Assembly: GCA_964435625.1 (NCBI GenBank)
Contig: CAYTAG010000006.1
Span: forward strand, 1 to 42,624
Reading direction: 5' to 3'
From: an uncultured Halobacteriales archaeon
Lineage (GTDB): Archaea > Halobacteriota > Halobacteria > Halobacteriales > PXRE01
DNA: 42,624 nucleotides
Below, piece by piece: positions 38,601 through 42,624 of this stretch (position 1 is its first letter; every line of letters starts with the position of its first letter). The notes beneath the pieces were generated by a model that ran no database searches, was not told where the DNA came from, and was given only the letters and a program-made list of their open reading frames with translations. The position numbers and the translations under genes were made by a program.

Positions 38601-40861
38601 CGCTCCCGGAGACGACCGCGTCCATTGCGATCCAGGTGCGAGTGAAGGCCACGACGGGCGGCGTCGGCACGGCCGAAGTCGTCCTGGTGGGTGGTGGCGC
38701 CAGCGCGCAGGTCCTCGACCTGGGATATGGCGAAACGACGGATGGCTGGGTGACCCGCCGGATCTCGCCGGCCGCGGGGTCGTTCGCGGGCGAAGAGGCC
38801 ACGCTCACCGTGCGGACCGAGGGCAACGCGACCGTCCAGGTCGAGTACGTCGCGGTGGTGATCGACTCGACGGGCAGCGGCCTACCCGACGCGGTCGAGC
38901 GCCTGGACCTCCGGATGCCGACCGGCGGTCCCGGGGTCGCACACACGCTCCTTGACTTGGACCCGTCCCTGGCGGACACTGACGGTGACGGGTTGCGCGA
39001 CGGCGAAGAAGTGGACGTCGCCTGGGAGATCGTCCCCGACGCGGGGGAGTGGACGCTGTACGGCGAGGCCGTCGACGCCACCTCCCATCCCGGGCGGGTC
39101 GACACCACGGGCGACGGCCTCACCGACTCCCAGCAGGTCGAGGGGTGGTCGATCCGGGTCGTCGACGAGCACGACGACGCCACGGCGCTGATGGACGTGG
39201 TGAACGACCCCGACGCCGACGAGAACGTCTCGCCGTTCTTCGAGACGCGGTCGGTGACGGCGAACCCGCTGGTGAACCACACCGACGACGATGGGCTGAG
39301 CGACGCCAGGGAGTTCGCGCTCGGGACGGACCCCGGGCGGGAGGATACCACCGGCGACGGGATCGACGACGACGAGGCGCTGGCGCTGGAGACCGAGGAC
39401 CCGACGGTGTTCACGACGACCGGGCCGGAGGCGAGGCTGCTGTGGTACAACCAGGCGTCGGAGATCACCCTCACGGACCTGAAGTGGTACTTCCAGTACC
39501 GTTACAAGGTCGAGGATTCGGTCGGCATCCGGGAGTTCGAAATCTCGCGGCAGGGCACGACGTTCGACAGTGCCGCGGGCGGGAGGGCGAACGAAGTGTA
39601 TCGTACCAGTACGCGCGAATCGTTCATGGAGGGGGCGTTCACGGTCCTGCGCGGGTCGGTCGCGGTCGTCGAGGCAACCGACGTCTACGGGAATACCCGC
39701 AAACAGGTGCTCTATAGCCAGACTTCGTCGTTCGGCCACGCGCTGAAGGACGTGTCGCCGCTGGGCGCCGGGATGGTCTCGGGGGCCAGTCACTTCGCCG
39801 CGGAACTGCCCGAGTTCATCTGGCTGGCCATCACGGATCCGTTCGGGGTCTACGACGCCTTCAAGTCGTTCGTGGGCCAGCTCGGGCCCGATCTCATCGA
39901 GTTGCTGATCGAGAGCGTCCAGCGGACCCAACACCTCGACAACCCCTTCAACGAGAACCCCGACTCCGAGGAGTACAAGGAGTACGAACGCGGGTGGTAC
40001 GTCGGCTACGGGGCGCTGGCGGTCGCCGAGCTCGCACTGGGCCTGAAGGCGCTGAAAGGGATCGCGAGCGTTTCCAAACTGAAACAAACGTTGCAGACGA
40101 CGGCGAACCGCGTCGACGAGGTTAAGGCGCTGGTGAAGTCGGGAATGCCCCGGAAGACGGCGAAGATTACGAGGGAAGCTACGGATGGTGGTCCAGGTAG
40201 GGATTATACTCGGTTGGTGAGGGACCTCGAAACGGCGGGTGCAGTGAAGAACGTAAAACAGCTTGCCAAGGATATCGGACCTCGGTTCGAAGATCTGGAG
40301 CCGTCACATCCCCAACTTGGAACGTTCCTGCAGAAATACGGGGACAACGGCGTCGAGGTTATCAATAAACTGGATGATGCCTTTGATGCACACCCATTGC
40401 TGGGCGCTCCCGATGAGATTACCAACCGAATCATCCAAATGACTGCCGATTTCGACGTCAATCCGAGTGCGTTGATTCGCGTCGTTGACAAGGGCCATAA
40501 TCTTAAACGACTCGAAGAGTTACTCCGGACCAAAGCATCGGGAAGATGGACGGCTGGCCGACCTGGTGATCGAAACGCAAACTTCAACAAGCATTACTCG
40601 GACCACGCTCAAGAATGGAGTCCACCCTTGAGCAAGTCAGAATACAGGAGCAAGGCAAGAACCCTTGCAAACCAGAGAGACGGCGTTGAGATATATTACC
40701 AGATCGGGCAAGATCCATCGAATTTGATCGTGTATAACCGTGCTGCTAACGAGTTCGTGACACTTAATGCGAAAGGTGAGATTCAAACGTTCCACAGACC
40801 CAACCCTGGGCAGGTCGGGAAGTTAGTTAGGAATGGAAACGCAATACCGATCAAAACATAA
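35606..40861 (+). CDS. Large secreted polymorphic-toxin-like protein with DxDxDG repeats and a C-terminal RNase-like toxin domain
   Basis: Sec-type signal ending GPALA; GPPDD repeats; many DTDGDG(L) Ca-binding repeats; hydrophobic pre-toxin helices; low-GC tip KHYSDH...EY...YN...NEF...GEIQTFHRP. Confidence 0.8.
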   Translation: MDQRVSGAVAVAMAVLVVTGTIGPALAAGGFGEQRQSNVVDPSVVFSDDGAALDHRLHAYRILDQADAQRHLDALNATFEHVVDENRVNASQVFATDKRIVAQTQAHRPDVGEQLVASDRVLAETVVADAQRVREGMDRRNLSYDEAAVNERLANASAALQQGHNHVAGNASLVAAVESYHRAWRHAQRAMDLMQAAVEPQVEITRRTDPPHNGTIEYTVKGVVWDVRSHRMAGTLTLNGEQRSLALDTSTVPGENVTFSTTVTLEEKRNWINVSVSNPLEYVDYSRRPATPGGPGNGQQGNGPQGPSNGNETGPPDDRPGGPPDDRGAGPPDGKGGGPPDDKGGGPPDERGEGPPDDKGEGPPDDAGNGPSDDQSQNSSKGSGQGPPDEPGNDDPANDGGDGSSGEAGQGNASEGQRGEGNQGTGADEETGNGEGPGKGSDAGSGSANDSSGAETNGNNESDGGENNAGPSNGSSNSSGGPGNGQGNANALANDPGSWSSTSPRAGHGFGGVDTMAYGAMLAPPESDAVQVGFDVLKLDADGLPDRYEETVVGTDPLDTDSDSRLTARNESDVGTIDGAKDFDVDGLATYQEYRIGTDPLSNDTTGDGLEDGFQVLVVGTDPLVNDTDGDGVADAQEDPDGDGLTLLEEQEHGTHPRLNDTDGDGLTDGEEVHEYDTDPLDPDSDGDGLLDGEEIRLDQDPLAADSDGDGVPDGNETYTTTVTNDSSEVTVTATGEGVVADGLHVRHTPTDYGGNVTAGPMVRITNDTAVEGATVTMPIDEGVDLSATNVTIYTWDPDDEGWVPLETTVDAGNRTASATVSSFSYFAVMDEGARTKATSQYAQPGWPALETFDDLADWTASGNGTVSLDDEVVTVQSQEGTSGDGGGGNDGSGGDDGGSGGSGGGDYEPYDENWELPGTGPGGNDGDDGDGGDGSDDDGDSGDGGGSEDGSGSGGNDGSGDDGSGGGDSGGDGGSDDGSGDGDGTSGPTNASISRTVSLPETTASIAIQVRVKATTGGVGTAEVVLVGGGASAQVLDLGYGETTDGWVTRRISPAAGSFAGEEATLTVRTEGNATVQVEYVAVVIDSTGSGLPDAVERLDLRMPTGGPGVAHTLLDLDPSLADTDGDGLRDGEEVDVAWEIVPDAGEWTLYGEAVDATSHPGRVDTTGDGLTDSQQVEGWSIRVVDEHDDATALMDVVNDPDADENVSPFFETRSVTANPLVNHTDDDGLSDAREFALGTDPGREDTTGDGIDDDEALALETEDPTVFTTTGPEARLLWYNQASEITLTDLKWYFQYRYKVEDSVGIREFEISRQGTTFDSAAGGRANEVYRTSTRESFMEGAFTVLRGSVAVVEATDVYGNTRKQVLYSQTSSFGHALKDVSPLGAGMVSGASHFAAELPEFIWLAITDPFGVYDAFKSFVGQLGPDLIELLIESVQRTQHLDNPFNENPDSEEYKEYERGWYVGYGALAVAELALGLKALKGIASVSKLKQTLQTTANRVDEVKALVKSGMPRKTAKITREATDGGPGRDYTRLVRDLETAGAVKNVKQLAKDIGPRFEDLEPSHPQLGTFLQKYGDNGVEVINKLDDAFDAHPLLGAPDEITNRIIQMTADFDVNPSALIRVVDKGHNLKRLEELLRTKASGRWTAGRPGDRNANFNKHYSDHAQEWSPPLSKSEYRSKARTLANQRDGVEIYYQIGQDPSNLIVYNRAANEFVTLNAKGEIQTFHRPNPGQVGKLVRNGNAIPIKT
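36547..36730 (+). repeat. Intragenic 24-bp tandem repeats encoding GPPD(D/G/E)(R/K)xx
   Basis: GPPDDRPG GPPDDRGA GPPDGKGG GPPDDKGG GPPDERGE GPPDDKGE GPPDDAGN. Confidence 0.85.
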
Positions 40862-40868
40862 CATAAAC

Positions 40869-41465
40869 ATGGATAATAGACAAGAAGAGTTGGAATCCAG
40901 GCTTGACCATACCATCAATCAATTCAAAGAGATGTTGTCTGAGTTAGAGAAAATAACTGATGTATACGAAATCGAGACGTACGATCGAATTACCGTCGCG
41001 ACCACGATCTATCTTTCATATGAGTGTGAATTTCTGCTCGAAGAACTTCGCAAAGCCAATGAAGCGTCCGAATCCACGAGTCATACCTTCGCATCATTGC
41101 AAGAGTTACTAGATCATCTACTGGACCAGAAGTCATACCGAGAACAAGCAATCAAAGAACTGAAGACCAGGGTTGATAACTATCCGAGAAACATTTGCCA
41201 TTTTCTCGAATTAGATCCCATCTCCATCGAGTTAGAAAATACTCTTAGTGGACGGGACGTCATCCAGGTACTTCTTTTAGAACTCGAGGAAGACGAGTTA
41301 GACAATGAACGTGAGAAAGTTAATGCACTCGATGAAGTCCTTAGATGTCGATATGAGGTCCAGATCGAGACGATATTAGACGAATATAGTGATATCGAGA
41401 AATCATACTATCCGGGGTCGTTCTGGTGGCGACATCCCTCAGATGTCGCGGCTGAACTCGACTGA
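40869..41465 (+). CDS. Putative cognate immunity protein
   Basis: Starts 7 bp after the toxin stop; same low GC; acidic and helical; ends YYPGSFWWRH. Confidence 0.65.
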   Translation: MDNRQEELESRLDHTINQFKEMLSELEKITDVYEIETYDRITVATTIYLSYECEFLLEELRKANEASESTSHTFASLQELLDHLLDQKSYREQAIKELKTRVDNYPRNICHFLELDPISIELENTLSGRDVIQVLLLELEEDELDNEREKVNALDEVLRCRYEVQIETILDEYSDIEKSYYPGSFWWRHPSDVAAELD

Positions 41466-41561
41466 GTGGATTGAGTTGTCTGTCTCGCCTCCGGCGCCCA
41501 AGAGATCAATGGTGTCTCCGGTGCCGCAGAATTCGACAGCCGACTGTCGCGAGTGTTCGCT

Positions 41562-42475
41562 TATATCGACGAGGTCGGCCCGCTGATCAAAGCCGGGGCG
41601 AACCGGAAGACGGCGAAGATCACCCGGCAGGCGGTCGGGGACGGTGGTTCCCTCGACGTCGATTATACAGCGGTCGCGGGTAAATTGGGTGATCAGGGCT
41701 TCCAGGCGGGGAAACTTGACGAGGCGATCACGCGGTTGAGCCAAATCGACAGCCGGCACCTCCGGGCGCTGTCGCCCGACGACCAGGCGCGGCTGGCGGC
41801 GCGGTTGGTAAGCGTCCGGGACGGCGGGCAGGTCCGACGGTTCGTGAACGCGCTCGACGAGACGAGCGACGTCCGGCGGGTGCTTGAGGGGGACGTCCCA
41901 GCAACCAAGCGGATGAGCCGGTTGTGGGCGAACAAGGACAAGACGTCGGGAAGGATCAACGGATTACGGTACCGCCACGTCGATCCCGATCTTGAAGCCA
42001 GTGACTTCGTTCAAATTGCCCAGCAGGTGGAGTTGAAAAACACCCAGTTAATTGTCAAGCGAGGGGATGAACTTCGCTTCTTACAAAGAGGCACATTAGA
42101 GGAGGGCTGGAAGCACATTAAAGTCCGCCACATAGAGGCCTCATACAAATTAGATGCAAAAGAGGGTACAAGTTTCTTCCCGCTCGGCCGGACCGTGAAG
42201 GGTAATAAACTTCCAGATACTATGACGAAAGGCGAGGTGAAGATATGCTCTATGATGCAATTAAAGATGGTCATCCGTCACCTCAGGGCCAAAAGACCAA
42301 ATATTACTTCCAGCCGAAACAAAATGGGTATCCTGATAGTGGAATCGTCGACATGAGGATTTTCGTGTTACCAGACGGAATGATCGAAACTGCGTACCCA
42401 CTTAGCGGAGAGGCTGTCAAAAAGTGGGTTCCTGAGTTGAATGATGGACAAGGTGGACTGGTGGATACTGTATGA
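41562..42475 (+). pseudogene. Orphan alternative toxin C-terminal module (EndoU/BECR-like RNase), frameshifted near 42241
   Basis: Begins IDEVGPLIKAGANRKTAKITRQAVGDGG (homologous to the main-protein junction); GWKHIKVRH...TSFFP, then IETAYP in a shifted frame. Confidence 0.7.
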
Positions 42476-42615
42476 GTACAAAACACGTGTTTCAAGCGGC
42501 GGAGATCGAGTTCCAGTTTGATCAAAAGTATCAGGAGCGAGTAATGCAAGCCAAGCCAGATAGCTGGATAGGGCCTTGTTTAGACGCTCGGACTTTTGCA
42601 GTCCGAGGCTTGTAG
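42472..42615 (+). CDS. Probable orphan immunity gene, likely interrupted
   Basis: ATGA overlap with the orphan toxin stop; MSTKHVFQAAEIEFQFDQKYQERV..., ends after 47 codons just past a putative IS end. Confidence 0.45.
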   Translation: MSTKHVFQAAEIEFQFDQKYQERVMQAKPDSWIGPCLDARTFAVRGL

Positions 42616-42624
42616 AACTCGTGT
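42572..42624 (+). mobile_element. Possible terminus of an IS5-family (ISH1-group) element
   Basis: GGCCTTGTT resembles the ISH1-type terminal repeat (TGCCTTGT), followed by a CTCGGACT/AGTCCGAG hairpin; cut by the window edge. Confidence 0.4.

Noticed and set aside
35606-40861. Plain S-layer protein or adhesin
   Set aside because: No C-terminal PGF-CTERM or TM anchor; the low-GC variable tip, linked small gene and orphan module fit a toxin better.

Overview
High-GC haloarchaeal (Halobacteria) chromosome segment with acidic proteins. 1-6.7 kb: conserved minus-strand ribosomal protein operon (SPOUT methyltransferase, L3, L4, L23, L2, S19, L22, S3, L29, Rpp29, S17, start of L14). It is followed by tRNA-Gly(GCC), whose 3' 14 bp recur at 9173-9186 and bound a ~2.2-kb integrase-less islet. 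9-28 kb: two toxin-antitoxin pairs, mch, SoxB/5'-nucleotidase-like and rhodanese-MBL enzymes, RNase J, several gene relics, and a minimal class II lanthipeptide locus (61-aa precursor with a (TCSW)x3 core plus a CCG-type LanM). 28-42.6 kb: accessory DNA with a foreign-looking ArgRS, tRNA-Val-like att relics, two convergent tyrosine integrases flanking a PD-(D/E)XK-like gene, and a phased CCTACT/palindrome region. It ends in an apparent polymorphic toxin system: a 1751-aa secreted Ca-binding-repeat protein with a low-GC C-terminal RNase-like tip, an immunity candidate, and an orphan alternative tip that shares the RKTAKITR...DGG junction. The toxin system and the lanthipeptide locus are the best candidates for new biology. 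All calls come from motif reading, not database searches.
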